Source of the DNA: Promethearchaeota archaeon
GTDB lineage: Archaea > Asgardarchaeota > Lokiarchaeia > Sigyniarchaeales > SOKP01
NCBI GenBank assembly: GCA_048939015.1
Contig: JBHLPW010000001.1
Location: forward strand, 102,655-166,654
Length of the DNA stretch: 64,000 bases
Direction: 5' to 3'
Below are positions 30,880 to 40,763 of the stretch, piece after piece. The notes under the pieces are model-generated. The model saw only the letters and a program-made list of their open reading frames with translations, searched no databases and was not told the origin of the DNA. Each line of letters starts with the position of its first letter. Within the stretch, counting starts at the first letter, position 1. A program made the translations under genes and the position numbers.

Positions 30880-32723
30880 TGGGTCGACGTGGAGGACACA
30901 TGAGTGGTCCTGGTCCACAGGGTTCTAGGTTCGGAGTACGCGAAAAAGCAACCGATTTTCGTGGAACTATGGGAAAATTATTTCGGTATATGGGTAGATA
31001 TAAATGGCTAGTTTTATTAGTGTTTATTTTTGCAGCAGCTTCTACTACAGCAATCATTATAGGCCCAAAGATTCTAGGAACTGCTACCACGACTTTAGTT
31101 AATGGTATAATAGCTAAAGTTAGTGGTACGGGTGAAATTGATTTTGTTAAAATTGGAGGAATTCTACTAGAAGTGCTGATAATATATATTGTTTCAGCAG
31201 CTTTTGGTTTTATCCAAGGGTGGATTATGGCAAATATTTCCACTAATGTTGCTTACCGACTCCGTCGAGATATTTCGGAAAAGATTAACCGCTTACCACT
31301 TAAATATTATGATCAAACAACTCATGGAGAAGTACTGTCTCGTATTACGAATGATATCGATACAATAAACCAAACATTGAGTCAGAGTCTCACATCAATT
31401 ATTACATCAGTAGTTACGGTTGTTGGTATCGTAATTATGATGTTAAGTATAAATTGGATAATGACATTAGTTGCACTGGGGATGCTTCCCCTGACATTGC
31501 TACTAATAGGCGTTATCATTGGTCGATCACAGAAGTACTTTAAACAACAACAAGATTATTTAGGACACGTTAATGGACATGTAGAAGAAATGTATGGTGG
31601 CCATATCGTAGTAAAAGCTTTCAGCGGAGAGGAAAAAAGTGTTGAAAAATTTAAAGCATTAAATGATAAATGGTATAAAGGATCATGGAAAGCTAATTTT
31701 GTCTCGGGATTGATGATACCAATCACGTTTTTCATCAGCAATTTAGGATATGTTGTTGTTACTATTCTTGGCGCTTATTTAGCTATCCAGAATGTTATAA
31801 CCATAGGAGATATTCAAGCATTTATCCAATACATCCGTTCATTTACTCAGCCTCTTAGCCAACTTGCTAATGTCACAAATGTTCTCCAACAAACAGCTGC
31901 TGCAGCAGAACGTGTATTTAAATTCCTTGAGGAAGAAGAAGAAGTCGTTGAAGTCTCCGAGCCTATTAAGTTAAAGCAAGTCAAAGGGTTAGTAGAATTC
32001 CGTAATGTGACTTTTGGATATAGTCCAGATAAGATAGTCATTCATAACTTCTCCGCAATAGCTCAACCTGGACAAAAAATTGCAATTGTGGGTCCAACGG
32101 GTGCAGGTAAAACCACATTAGTCAAATTGCTCATGCGTTTCTATGAATTAAATAGTGGAGCAATTTTAGTAGACGGTCATGACACTCGAGAGATGACTCG
32201 AGAAGATTTGCGGCAAATGTTTGGTATGGTACTTCAAGATACATGGCTTTATAATGATTCCATTATGAATAATATCCGCTTTAGTAATCAAGATGCTACT
32301 GATGAAGAAGTACGAGCTGCTGCAGGTATAGCTAATGTTGATCACTTTGTAAAAACCTTACCTGATGGATATAATATGATAATCAACGAAGAAATAACAA
32401 ATATTTCTCAAGGTCAAATGCAATTGCTCACAATCGCTCGTGCTGTTCTTGCTGATCCACCAATACTCATCCTCGACGAGGCTACCAGCTCTGTAGACAC
32501 ACATACAGAGATATTGATTCAAAATGCTATGGATGCCTTAATGGAGAATAGAACAAGCTTTGTCATTGCTCACCGGTTATCTACTATTCGAAATGCTGAC
32601 TTGATCTTTGCAATTCGGGATGGAGAGATTGTGGAGCAAGGTACCCATAAAGAACTGCTAGCCAGAAATGGATATTATGCCGATTTATATAATAGTCAGT
32701 TTGAAGTATTAGACTCTACTTAA
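30876..32723 (+). CDS. Heterodimeric ABC exporter, consensus-site subunit (TM288-like)
   Basis: GPTGAGKT, ISQGQMQ, ILDEAT, IAHRL. Confidence 0.92.
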   Translation: MMGRRGGHMSGPGPQGSRFGVREKATDFRGTMGKLFRYMGRYKWLVLLVFIFAAASTTAIIIGPKILGTATTTLVNGIIAKVSGTGEIDFVKIGGILLEVLIIYIVSAAFGFIQGWIMANISTNVAYRLRRDISEKINRLPLKYYDQTTHGEVLSRITNDIDTINQTLSQSLTSIITSVVTVVGIVIMMLSINWIMTLVALGMLPLTLLLIGVIIGRSQKYFKQQQDYLGHVNGHVEEMYGGHIVVKAFSGEEKSVEKFKALNDKWYKGSWKANFVSGLMIPITFFISNLGYVVVTILGAYLAIQNVITIGDIQAFIQYIRSFTQPLSQLANVTNVLQQTAAAAERVFKFLEEEEEVVEVSEPIKLKQVKGLVEFRNVTFGYSPDKIVIHNFSAIAQPGQKIAIVGPTGAGKTTLVKLLMRFYELNSGAILVDGHDTREMTREDLRQMFGMVLQDTWLYNDSIMNNIRFSNQDATDEEVRAAAGIANVDHFVKTLPDGYNMIINEEITNISQGQMQLLTIARAVLADPPILILDEATSSVDTHTEILIQNAMDALMENRTSFVIAHRLSTIRNADLIFAIRDGEIVEQGTHKELLARNGYYADLYNSQFEVLDST

Positions 32724-32767
32724 AGAAATTTTTATTTTTTTCTTTTTAAATTAATTCATTTAGTTTT

Positions 32768-32791
32768 TTTTAGGGGGTAAACCCCCTAAAA
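32768..32791. repeat. Perfect GC-rich inverted repeat at cassette boundary
   Basis: TTTTAGGGGGT-AA-ACCCCCTAAAA, 3 bp before the degT repeat copy. Confidence 0.8.
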
Positions 32792-32794
32792 TCT

Positions 32795-32923
32795 ATAAAT
32801 ATTAGTGTAGGTGTTTCTGATGCAGGATCAGGTTCTGCGTCTGGAATAAGAATTACAAGTAGTAAAGAGGAGATTGAAAAAAAGACAGATTTTCTCATCA
32901 ATAAAATTAAAGAAATTATTTAA
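32795..32923 (+). pseudogene. Displaced degT 3' end (direct repeat copy 2)
   Basis: INISVGVSDAGSGSASGIRITSSKEEIEKKTDFLINKIKEII* versus the DegT C-terminus; no start codon or SD. Confidence 0.88.
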
Positions 32924-33000
32924 TTGAAAATATGGACTATTTAAATCTTTAATAGTATTTACTCCACCTTTTTATTATAAAGAAAGGAAAAACAATTAAA

Positions 33001-33627
33001 ATGACAAGAAGTATAGTAAAAATTTTATTAGGAACGATTTATAAACCCAAATCGACTTTTAAGGATGAAAAACTAAATAATTCCTTAATATATTCATATA
33101 TTGCTAGTTTTATGATTGCTATACCATATTCAATTATTTATTTAATAATGTATATTAAAGCAGACATAAGTACCTATTATTTTCTTTTTGGACCATTGAT
33201 TTGGACAATTTTTGTATTTATGATTGTGTTTATTGTCCGATATCTTACAAATTATTTCGGAAATCTCTGGTCTAAGAATAAATCATTGGATAATGATATA
33301 GCTACAACAAATGTAGTTTGTCTTGGAATATGTGTACCTAATTTGTTTATTTTAACAGTAGACTTTCTTAGTATTGTAACTGCTCCTAATATAGAAGTAA
33401 CTAATTATGCATTAGGATTTCCACCTAATTATTTGATACCTTCTATTGTTTCGAATATCGTATTTTCAGCTGTTGGAGTATGGATGACAATACTAACAGC
33501 ATATGGATTATATAAAATGAAAGAACTTAATTTTGGAAAGACTTTGCTAACAACAATAATAGTACTTGCTCCTATAGTGTTTTACTTGATATTTTTCATA
33601 TATCTTGAAAGTCATCAACCCTTTTAG
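33001..33627 (+). CDS. Yip1-like five-TM membrane protein
   Basis: N-terminal IYKPKSTF, about 5 TM segments, C-terminal GLYKMKELNFGK pattern. Confidence 0.6.
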   Translation: MTRSIVKILLGTIYKPKSTFKDEKLNNSLIYSYIASFMIAIPYSIIYLIMYIKADISTYYFLFGPLIWTIFVFMIVFIVRYLTNYFGNLWSKNKSLDNDIATTNVVCLGICVPNLFILTVDFLSIVTAPNIEVTNYALGFPPNYLIPSIVSNIVFSAVGVWMTILTAYGLYKMKELNFGKTLLTTIIVLAPIVFYLIFFIYLESHQPF

Positions 33628-33636
33628 GTTATAATC

Positions 33637-33969
33637 TTAATATCCCATTATCGCATTACTCATAAAACCTATTCCTCTTGGGGTTGCTTTCCATCCGCTT
33701 TCTGTATACATAATGTAAAATAATTGTTCTAACATTGATAAATGATATTTTAAAGTATCTTCCTCTTCCTGAAATTTATTTTTTATTTCCTCAAATGTTT
33801 TTATATCGATTCCAATAAACTTCAATAGGTCTCTTCTCGCTGGATTCATCATAGTTCTATAAGCGCGACTGTGATCTTCTTTGTGGTCCACATTTTTAGT
33901 TAACTTTAAAAATTCATCCATTTCTTTTTCAGTTAATTTACACTTTTCCATGATTTCTTTCATATCCAA
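33637..33969 (-). CDS. Winged-helix (ArsR-like) protein
   Basis: NPARRDLLKFI...LKYHLSMLE...WKATPRG; GAGGTGA SD. Confidence 0.8.
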   Translation of the reverse strand: MDMKEIMEKCKLTEKEMDEFLKLTKNVDHKEDHSRAYRTMMNPARRDLLKFIGIDIKTFEEIKNKFQEEEDTLKYHLSMLEQLFYIMYTESGWKATPRGIGFMSNAIMGY

Positions 33970-34034
33970 TTTTTAATCACCTCATATGAGATCATAAATC
34001 GTATCTCTTTAATTTTATTGATTTCAATTTTTAA

Positions 34035-34125
34035 TATATTGTCATTTTAATTTTTTTGCAAATATTTAAATATACCAATCTCTTATTTTTTCTTATATTG
34101 TCATTTTTAATTTTTTGCAAATATT
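34035..34125. promoter_or_regulatory. Two near-identical 32-bp direct repeats upstream of PadR (candidate operators)
   Basis: TATATTGTCATTTTAATTTTTTTGCAAATATT (34035-34066) and TATATTGTCATTTTTAATTTTTTGCAAATATT (34094-34125). Confidence 0.7.
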
Positions 34126-34141
34126 ATAAAATAATGAAGTA

Positions 34142-34756
34142 ATGGTCATGTCTGAAAATTATCCCTTAAAACATCGAGCTTTTGTGATTTTAGGCTTAAT
34201 TAATGAAAAAATGCACGAAGGTGGATGTCATGCTTATGATATTAATAAAAGAATTGAAGAACGTGGAATGAGAGATTGGACGAATATAGGAGCGGATTTC
34301 TCCTTTTCTACAATATATAGAACGTTAGATAGATTAGAAAATAATCAGTTAGTAGAGAGTTTTGAAGAAGAAATTGATAATAGGATAAGGAAAAACTATA
34401 TAATTACTGAATATGGATATAAGATCTTAAAGAAAAAGGTTTATGATGTTTTATATAATTATATAGGGAAAATGGATGAAGACTTTTATGTAGCATTTTC
34501 AATGTTTCCAATTTTAAGCCTTGAAGAGCAAATTGAAGCATTTAATCATGCTATAGAAATTATAAAAACACATCGAAAAGAACTTGAAAAAATGCTAGAC
34601 GAAATGTTATTGAATTTTTCAAAAATGCCAATTAATGTCACAGGACTCTTTATACATCCAATTAAAATTCTAGAAGCTGATGAAGATTTTTTTGAGATGG
34701 TGCTAGATGAGGTTAAAAAAATTGAGGGAAAAATTAATCCTGATGATTATAATTGA
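34142..34756 (+). CDS. PadR-family regulator
   Basis: ILGLI...HAYDI...STIYRTLDRLE...RKNYIITEYG. Confidence 0.88.
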   Translation: MVMSENYPLKHRAFVILGLINEKMHEGGCHAYDINKRIEERGMRDWTNIGADFSFSTIYRTLDRLENNQLVESFEEEIDNRIRKNYIITEYGYKILKKKVYDVLYNYIGKMDEDFYVAFSMFPILSLEEQIEAFNHAIEIIKTHRKELEKMLDEMLLNFSKMPINVTGLFIHPIKILEADEDFFEMVLDEVKKIEGKINPDDYN

Positions 34757-34777
34757 ATTGAATAAGGTAATTAAGAA

Positions 34778-35914
34778 ATGAAACACATAGTTAAGGATTT
34801 TGTACATCGAATTGGTCATCATTGCGAATCATCTTCAATGAGAGATTTATTCGAGTATTATGGATTTCCAATGTCAGAGCCAATGGTTTTTGGGTTAGAC
34901 GCAACAATGGGATTTGGATTTTTTGATACAACAGGCCAGACTTCCTTTATGCCTGAATCAGATATCCCATTCTTCTTAGGAGGTAAACAAGGGACAATTG
35001 AACCTAATAGTTTAGCGTGTCGGTTGTTAGGTATTACACTAAGAAAACAATCATTCACGAATTCGGATAAAGCTTGGGAGGAGTCTAAGAGTATGCTAGA
35101 TCAAGATATACCACTTCTATTAAGAGTGGATATTGTGTATATGCCTTATGAAGGTTTTGATGAAGAAATGGAGGAGGCTCATTTTGGTGGGCATGCAGTA
35201 GTTCTAGGTGGTTATGACGAGGATAAAGAAGTAGCATATATAGGCGATACGGAATTTGAGGGTTTTCAAGAGGTTCCGATCGATATCCTTAAGATAGCGA
35301 GGAGTTCAACCTATGGACCGAAATTTTTGCATCCTGGAAATACCCAATTTTCTATGACTTGTCGAGCTGATGGAAAACATCCACCTTTCGCAGCAGGTGT
35401 TAAGTTAGCAATTCAAAAAGTAGCGAATAATATGCTACGTCCTTCTATGAATACTAATGGTATTCAGGGATTGAAACAATTTGCAAATTCTTTGCTTACT
35501 TGGGAAGAAAAATTAAATAAAACAATCACTAACTCCAAAGGAAAAGAAATTTCACTGGCACGATTGATGTTTGAGCTTACCCATGGATATATAGAAACAT
35601 GGGGTACGGGAGGTGGGTCATTTCGAAAGCTATATACAGAGTTTCTAGAGGAATTATCGGTAAATCCTGAGTTAAAGGAAGGTCCTAGAGCATGGAATTC
35701 AGAAGAGATCAACATTCTCGAAGAATGTATCCCTTTAATTAATGATTCTGCTCAAAATTGGACTCTAATTGCAGAAACATTAAAGAATGCGGGTGATGAA
35801 TATAAAGATGATTGTATTAATCATGTAGATTTTGGTGAATTGCATAGTATTGTGCTTCATATTCTTTCTAGGGAGGAGGAATTATTTAAAAAATTATTAA
35901 AAATTAAAAATTAG
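34778..35914 (+). CDS. BtrH-like (papain-fold) cysteine peptidase, DUF4872-type
   Basis: HCESS (catalytic Cys), SEPMVFGL, HFGGHAVVLGGYD, GTGGGSFR. Confidence 0.82.
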   Translation: MKHIVKDFVHRIGHHCESSSMRDLFEYYGFPMSEPMVFGLDATMGFGFFDTTGQTSFMPESDIPFFLGGKQGTIEPNSLACRLLGITLRKQSFTNSDKAWEESKSMLDQDIPLLLRVDIVYMPYEGFDEEMEEAHFGGHAVVLGGYDEDKEVAYIGDTEFEGFQEVPIDILKIARSSTYGPKFLHPGNTQFSMTCRADGKHPPFAAGVKLAIQKVANNMLRPSMNTNGIQGLKQFANSLLTWEEKLNKTITNSKGKEISLARLMFELTHGYIETWGTGGGSFRKLYTEFLEELSVNPELKEGPRAWNSEEINILEECIPLINDSAQNWTLIAETLKNAGDEYKDDCINHVDFGELHSIVLHILSREEELFKKLLKIKN

Positions 35915-35924
35915 GTGAAAATCA

Positions 35925-36353
35925 ATGGTTGATAATAATTTAACTGCCCCTTGTGGAATTTATTGTGGTGCTTGTAGGTCATATTTAATAAGAAAAAAAA
36001 ACCTTTTAGAAGAGAAAGGTCTTAAATATGGATGTCAAGGTTGTAGAATCCGTAATAAGAATTGTTCTTTCATCAAGAAGGATTTTCCCCCAATTAGAAA
36101 AAATGAATTGGAATACTGTTATGAATGTGAAAAATTCCCATGCGATAATTTGAAAAAAATTGATAATACTTATGTGAGTAGGTACAATGTTAGTCCAATT
36201 AATAATTTAAAGAGACTTAAAGACATTGGAATTGAATCTTGGCTCAAAGAGAAAAAAAAGCTATATACTTGCCCAGAATGTGAAGGGGAGATTTGTATTC
36301 ACGATGAGGAATGCTATGAATGCGGATTAAAAATAAATCCAAATATAAAATAG
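35925..36353 (+). CDS. DUF3795-type Cys-rich protein
   Basis: APCGIYCGAC, CQGCR, YCYECEKFPC, C-terminal Zn ribbon. Confidence 0.8.
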   Translation: MVDNNLTAPCGIYCGACRSYLIRKKNLLEEKGLKYGCQGCRIRNKNCSFIKKDFPPIRKNELEYCYECEKFPCDNLKKIDNTYVSRYNVSPINNLKRLKDIGIESWLKEKKKLYTCPECEGEICIHDEECYECGLKINPNIK

Positions 36354-36365
36354 GAGGCAAATAAA

Positions 36366-37532
36366 ATGGTAAAAATAATTATAGATGATTTTAAACATAT
36401 GGCAGGAGCGAACTGCCAATTGTCAAGTCTGAGGAAAGTACTTGCGTATTATGATATAGATATTTCAGAACCTATGCTCTTAGGTTTATGCTCTGGATTA
36501 GGATTTTTCTATTTCTACATGAAAAATCTACCATTTCCCATGATATTAGGATTAAGTGTTAAAAAAACTGAGGTGTTTGAAAGAATATTGCCTCGTTTAG
36601 GAGGAACTGTAAAAATTACCGAAACAGCTTCAGTAAACAGCGCACATAATAATTTAATAAATTTATTACAGAATCGACAACCAGCAATTACTTTTGTAGA
36701 TTTTGCTTATTTACCTTACTTTTTTCCAGAAGGTACTCCCATACCTAATGAAAATTCAGGACATTTTGGAGCCCATACTATAGTAACTTATGGTATAGAT
36801 GAAGAGAAAGATAAGGCACTTATTTCAGATAGATATGCAAATCCACATGAAATGACTTATACCCAACTTAAAGCTGCTAGAGGAAGCAAGTTTGCACCAT
36901 TTCCTGCGAAAAACAAGCTAGTAGAATTAGTATTGCCAAAAAAAGTGAAAGATATTAAACAAAGCATTCCAGTATCGATTAAAGCAAATGCAAATTTTAT
37001 GTTTAATCCTCCAATACGTAATATGGGTTTAAAAGGATTTCAAAAGTGGCAGGAAATGCTCCCCACATGGACAAACTTTAGTGATAATGATCTCTTGTAT
37101 GGTTTAGTCAGTGTGTATATTTATATGGAGACTGGAGGTACTGGTGGTGCTATGTTCCGCATATTATATCGAGATTTCTTGAAAGAAGTAGGAGAACTCT
37201 TGAAGAATGATAGTCTTCTAAAAGCTGCTGATGTTTATGATGATATTATAATAAAGTTAAGAGAAGTAGAACATTTAATATTACCAGATGACCTACCTAA
37301 TATAGCAAAATTAAGAGCACTATATCAAAAAAGTGGCGATATTACGGAAAAGGGAGAAAAAGATTATCAAAAGCAATTAGCAGAGCTTGATAAACAAGTT
37401 GAATCAGTTTTAAAAGGTGCTCTGAAAGAAACAAATGCATGGAGAGAACGAATTCCTCAAATAGATAAAGGAATTCAAGAATGGAGTGATTTAGAAACAA
37501 AAGCTTGGGAAATTATAAAAAGTGCGCTATAA
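36366..37532 (+). CDS. Second BtrH-like cysteine peptidase
   Basis: GANCQLS, SEPMLLGL, HFGAHTIVTYGID, GTGGAMFR. Confidence 0.82.
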   Translation: MVKIIIDDFKHMAGANCQLSSLRKVLAYYDIDISEPMLLGLCSGLGFFYFYMKNLPFPMILGLSVKKTEVFERILPRLGGTVKITETASVNSAHNNLINLLQNRQPAITFVDFAYLPYFFPEGTPIPNENSGHFGAHTIVTYGIDEEKDKALISDRYANPHEMTYTQLKAARGSKFAPFPAKNKLVELVLPKKVKDIKQSIPVSIKANANFMFNPPIRNMGLKGFQKWQEMLPTWTNFSDNDLLYGLVSVYIYMETGGTGGAMFRILYRDFLKEVGELLKNDSLLKAADVYDDIIIKLREVEHLILPDDLPNIAKLRALYQKSGDITEKGEKDYQKQLAELDKQVESVLKGALKETNAWRERIPQIDKGIQEWSDLETKAWEIIKSAL

Positions 37533-37550
37533 GGGAGTGGTGAAAAAGAT

Positions 37551-38222
37551 ATGTCTGAAGAAATTTTAAAAGAATTGGATGCTGAGGGACTTCGATCTGT
37601 TTTTTTAAAATATACTAGAAAAGCATTTGATAGTCTCCCTGAGATAGATAAACCTCGCATCCTTGATATCGGATGCGGTACAGGTACGGTCAGCTTAGAG
37701 TTAGCAAAATTGAGTAATGGAGAAATATTCAGTATTGATATTGATCAAAAGGCTTTAGATAAATTAAATCAAAAAATTATCAAAAAAGGACTCTCAGACA
37801 AAGTAAAAGTGTATCATCGTTCGGTATATGATACAAAATTTGAAGATAAGATGTTTGATATTATTTGGGAAGAAGGTGTTATTCATCTTCTTGATTTTAA
37901 GAAAGCTATAACTGAATGTAATAGAATACTTAAGGTAAATGGTTACATGATTTCAGGAGAAGCAGATAATTGGGCAGATAAGAAACTGAAGTACTATCCA
38001 AAATTTGGATTTAAACTCTTGAAACAAATACCTTGGGCTAAAGAATGTTGGTGGAAGGAGTATTATGCACCATTAGAAAAAAAAATAAACGCATTGCGCA
38101 AAAAGTATGATAATATTGATGTTATTGAAGAAATAAAACGTCATTTAACAGAAATAGAAATGGTAAAAAAAAATACAACCGGATTTGAATGTACGACTTA
38201 TATATTACAGAAAATAGGATAA
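37551..38222 (+). CDS. Class I SAM methyltransferase
   Basis: ILDIGCGTG; FDIIWEEG. Confidence 0.9.
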   Translation: MSEEILKELDAEGLRSVFLKYTRKAFDSLPEIDKPRILDIGCGTGTVSLELAKLSNGEIFSIDIDQKALDKLNQKIIKKGLSDKVKVYHRSVYDTKFEDKMFDIIWEEGVIHLLDFKKAITECNRILKVNGYMISGEADNWADKKLKYYPKFGFKLLKQIPWAKECWWKEYYAPLEKKINALRKKYDNIDVIEEIKRHLTEIEMVKKNTTGFECTTYILQKIG

Positions 38223-38225
38223 AAA

Positions 38226-40745
38226 TTGGAGTTAAAAATGGATGTAATAAAAGTAAGAGGCGCTAGAATACATAATTTAAAGAATATAGATGTTGATATT
38301 CCTAAAGGAAAGCTAATTCTTATAACAGGTGTATCTGGATCAGGAAAATCAAGTTTGGCTTTCGATATTATCTTTGATGAGGGAATGAACAGATATCTTC
38401 AATCAATTGGTTTCCCACCAAAATTCGATGATGAAAAACCATTTGATATGATTGATGGATTAAGCCCAACTGTGGCTGTTGAGCAAAGAACTACACGCGT
38501 ATTTAATCCAAGATCGACTGTAGGAACGAAAACTGGTATATATGGTTTAATACGCATGTTATATGTAACAGAAGGGATCCTAATCTGTCCAATCTGTAAG
38601 GAACCGGCGAACCAAACTACGCTAGAATGTGATATATGTGGAATGATTGTAGAACGTAAACAAATCAAGCATTTTTCCTTTAACGAACCTTCTGGGATGT
38701 GTTTAGAATGTAAGGGAAGAGGTTATAAAATGCTTCTTACTGAAGAAATGATCGTTCAAGATTATAATAAAAATCTTATTCAAATAACAAAAGCAGGTTC
38801 CGCTGTTTTTGCAGATCAAATCAGATTTGTGGAGCAATTACCAAAATTTTATAATTTTGATATAAAAACACCTTTTAAAGATTTACCAGATGAAATTAAA
38901 CAGGTATTTCTGTATGGTAGTGGGAGAAAACTTAAATTTCAATGGGAATCAAAAACTTTTACTGGTGAATTGGAGCGAATTTTTGAGGGTATTATTCCCC
39001 ATATTAAAAGGGCTTTATCAGAAAGCAAAAGTGCCTATAGAAGGCATAAGATCCATAGTAATTTTATGTCAAAAAAGAAATGTGATGAGTGTAATGGATA
39101 TAAAATTAATGAGCAGGCTCGTGAGATAAAAATTAGAGGGAAACATATAGGGGAATTAGCCATGATGCCAATTGATGATTTAATTTTATTTTTCGAAAGT
39201 CTTTCTGATCAGGATATTAAAACAATCCAAGGAAAATCTATTTTAAAGAGTATACTACAAAGTCTTAATCGAATGGTCAATGTTGGATTAAAATATTTAC
39301 ACTTGCATCGAACATTACCTACGTTAAGTGGGGGTGAGCTTCAGAGATTATCGTTAATGACTCATTTAGATGGTGGGCTAGATTCATTAATTTATATATT
39401 AGATGAACCGAGTATGAGTCTACATGAACTTGAAAAAGATTCACTAATTAAAATTCTAGAACAATTAAAGGATTTAGGAAATACAATTATTGTCGTTGAA
39501 CACGATAAGCGCTTTATTGATATGGCTGATATTATAATTGATATAGGTCCAGATGCAGGTATTGATGGGGGTGAAATTGTTTATCAAGGGTCACTTGAAG
39601 GAATTACAAAGAAAGAAGATTCCTATACAGGTCAGTTCCTCGCTGGGAGGATTTCATTACCAGAAAAACCATCTACTCCCATTAAAAAATCAGATTCTGA
39701 CACACAGTATTTGATTCTCAAGAATGCTAACACAAATAATTTAAAAGATGTAACAGTTAAATTTCCTTTAGGGTTAATGGTAGGTGTTGCAGGCGTCTCA
39801 GGTTCTGGAAAGAGCTCTCTTATTCTAGATACTTTAGTTCCTTTATTAATTCCTCATTTTAAAAGAGGGGCTAAAAACCAAAATCAGAAAAAGGAAGAGA
39901 ATGGTGAGGAAAATGGAGAAGAGAATGAGGAAGATTTATTAGAATATTCTGGACAAATTGAAGGATGGGAGAATATCGATGGAGTCATTATTGTCAATCA
40001 AAAACCTATATCGCGTGTGCGTACTTCTACCCCATGTTCATTTATAGGGATATGGGATAAAATTCGGAACTTATTTGCAAAAACGGCGGAAGCAAAAAAA
40101 CATAAATATACTGCAGGACATTTCTCTTATAATTCCGATCGTGGTCGGTGTCCTGCATGTAAAGGTCAAGGGGTTCAAGATTTACAAGTTTCATTTCTTA
40201 CTAGTTTTGAAATACCATGCAAAGAATGCAAAGGATTAAGGTATAAACCTGAAATTTTAGAAGTAAAATATAAAGGAAAATCAATTTCAGAAGTATTGGA
40301 TATGACTGTTAATGAAGCTAAAGAATTATTCAAATCACAGGAAAACATCTCAAAAGTTCTTAACATTTTAGATGAAATTGGAATGGGTTATATTGAGCTT
40401 GGTCAACCCGCTCCTACTCTAAGTGGAGGAGAAGCACAACGAGTAAAATTAGCTAAAGAGTTAGGAAAAATAAGAAAAAGTAATTCACTTTATATTTTAG
40501 ATGAACCTACTGTTGGATTATCTTTTTATGATGCATTAAAACTTATGGATTTACTTGATAAGTTAGTTCAAGAGGATAATACTGTACTCATAATTGAGCA
40601 TGATCCAGAAATACTCTCGTATTGTGATTATATAATCGAATTAGGACCTGAAGGAGGCCCAAAAGGAGGAGAAATTATAGCAGAGGGTACCCCAAAAGAA
40701 ATTAAAATAAATAAAAACTCCAAAACTGGTCCTTATCTTAATTAA
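38226..40745 (+). CDS. UvrA-like ABC ATPase lacking the UvrB-binding domain (DrrC/class II type)
   Basis: Two NBDs (GVSGSGKSS x2; LSGGELQR, LSGGEAQR), Zn fingers; only a short spacer after the first CxxC; alternative ATG start at 38238. Confidence 0.88.
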   Translation: MELKMDVIKVRGARIHNLKNIDVDIPKGKLILITGVSGSGKSSLAFDIIFDEGMNRYLQSIGFPPKFDDEKPFDMIDGLSPTVAVEQRTTRVFNPRSTVGTKTGIYGLIRMLYVTEGILICPICKEPANQTTLECDICGMIVERKQIKHFSFNEPSGMCLECKGRGYKMLLTEEMIVQDYNKNLIQITKAGSAVFADQIRFVEQLPKFYNFDIKTPFKDLPDEIKQVFLYGSGRKLKFQWESKTFTGELERIFEGIIPHIKRALSESKSAYRRHKIHSNFMSKKKCDECNGYKINEQAREIKIRGKHIGELAMMPIDDLILFFESLSDQDIKTIQGKSILKSILQSLNRMVNVGLKYLHLHRTLPTLSGGELQRLSLMTHLDGGLDSLIYILDEPSMSLHELEKDSLIKILEQLKDLGNTIIVVEHDKRFIDMADIIIDIGPDAGIDGGEIVYQGSLEGITKKEDSYTGQFLAGRISLPEKPSTPIKKSDSDTQYLILKNANTNNLKDVTVKFPLGLMVGVAGVSGSGKSSLILDTLVPLLIPHFKRGAKNQNQKKEENGEENGEENEEDLLEYSGQIEGWENIDGVIIVNQKPISRVRTSTPCSFIGIWDKIRNLFAKTAEAKKHKYTAGHFSYNSDRGRCPACKGQGVQDLQVSFLTSFEIPCKECKGLRYKPEILEVKYKGKSISEVLDMTVNEAKELFKSQENISKVLNILDEIGMGYIELGQPAPTLSGGEAQRVKLAKELGKIRKSNSLYILDEPTVGLSFYDALKLMDLLDKLVQEDNTVLIIEHDPEILSYCDYIIELGPEGGPKGGEIIAEGTPKEIKINKNSKTGPYLN

Positions 40746-40763
40746 ATAAACGTAAGGAGTAAG

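Noticed and set aside
39894-39933. GAAGAGAATGGT-like microrepeat in the UvrA-like gene
   Set aside because: It encodes an in-frame acidic linker (EENGEENGEENEE), an ordinary low-complexity loop.
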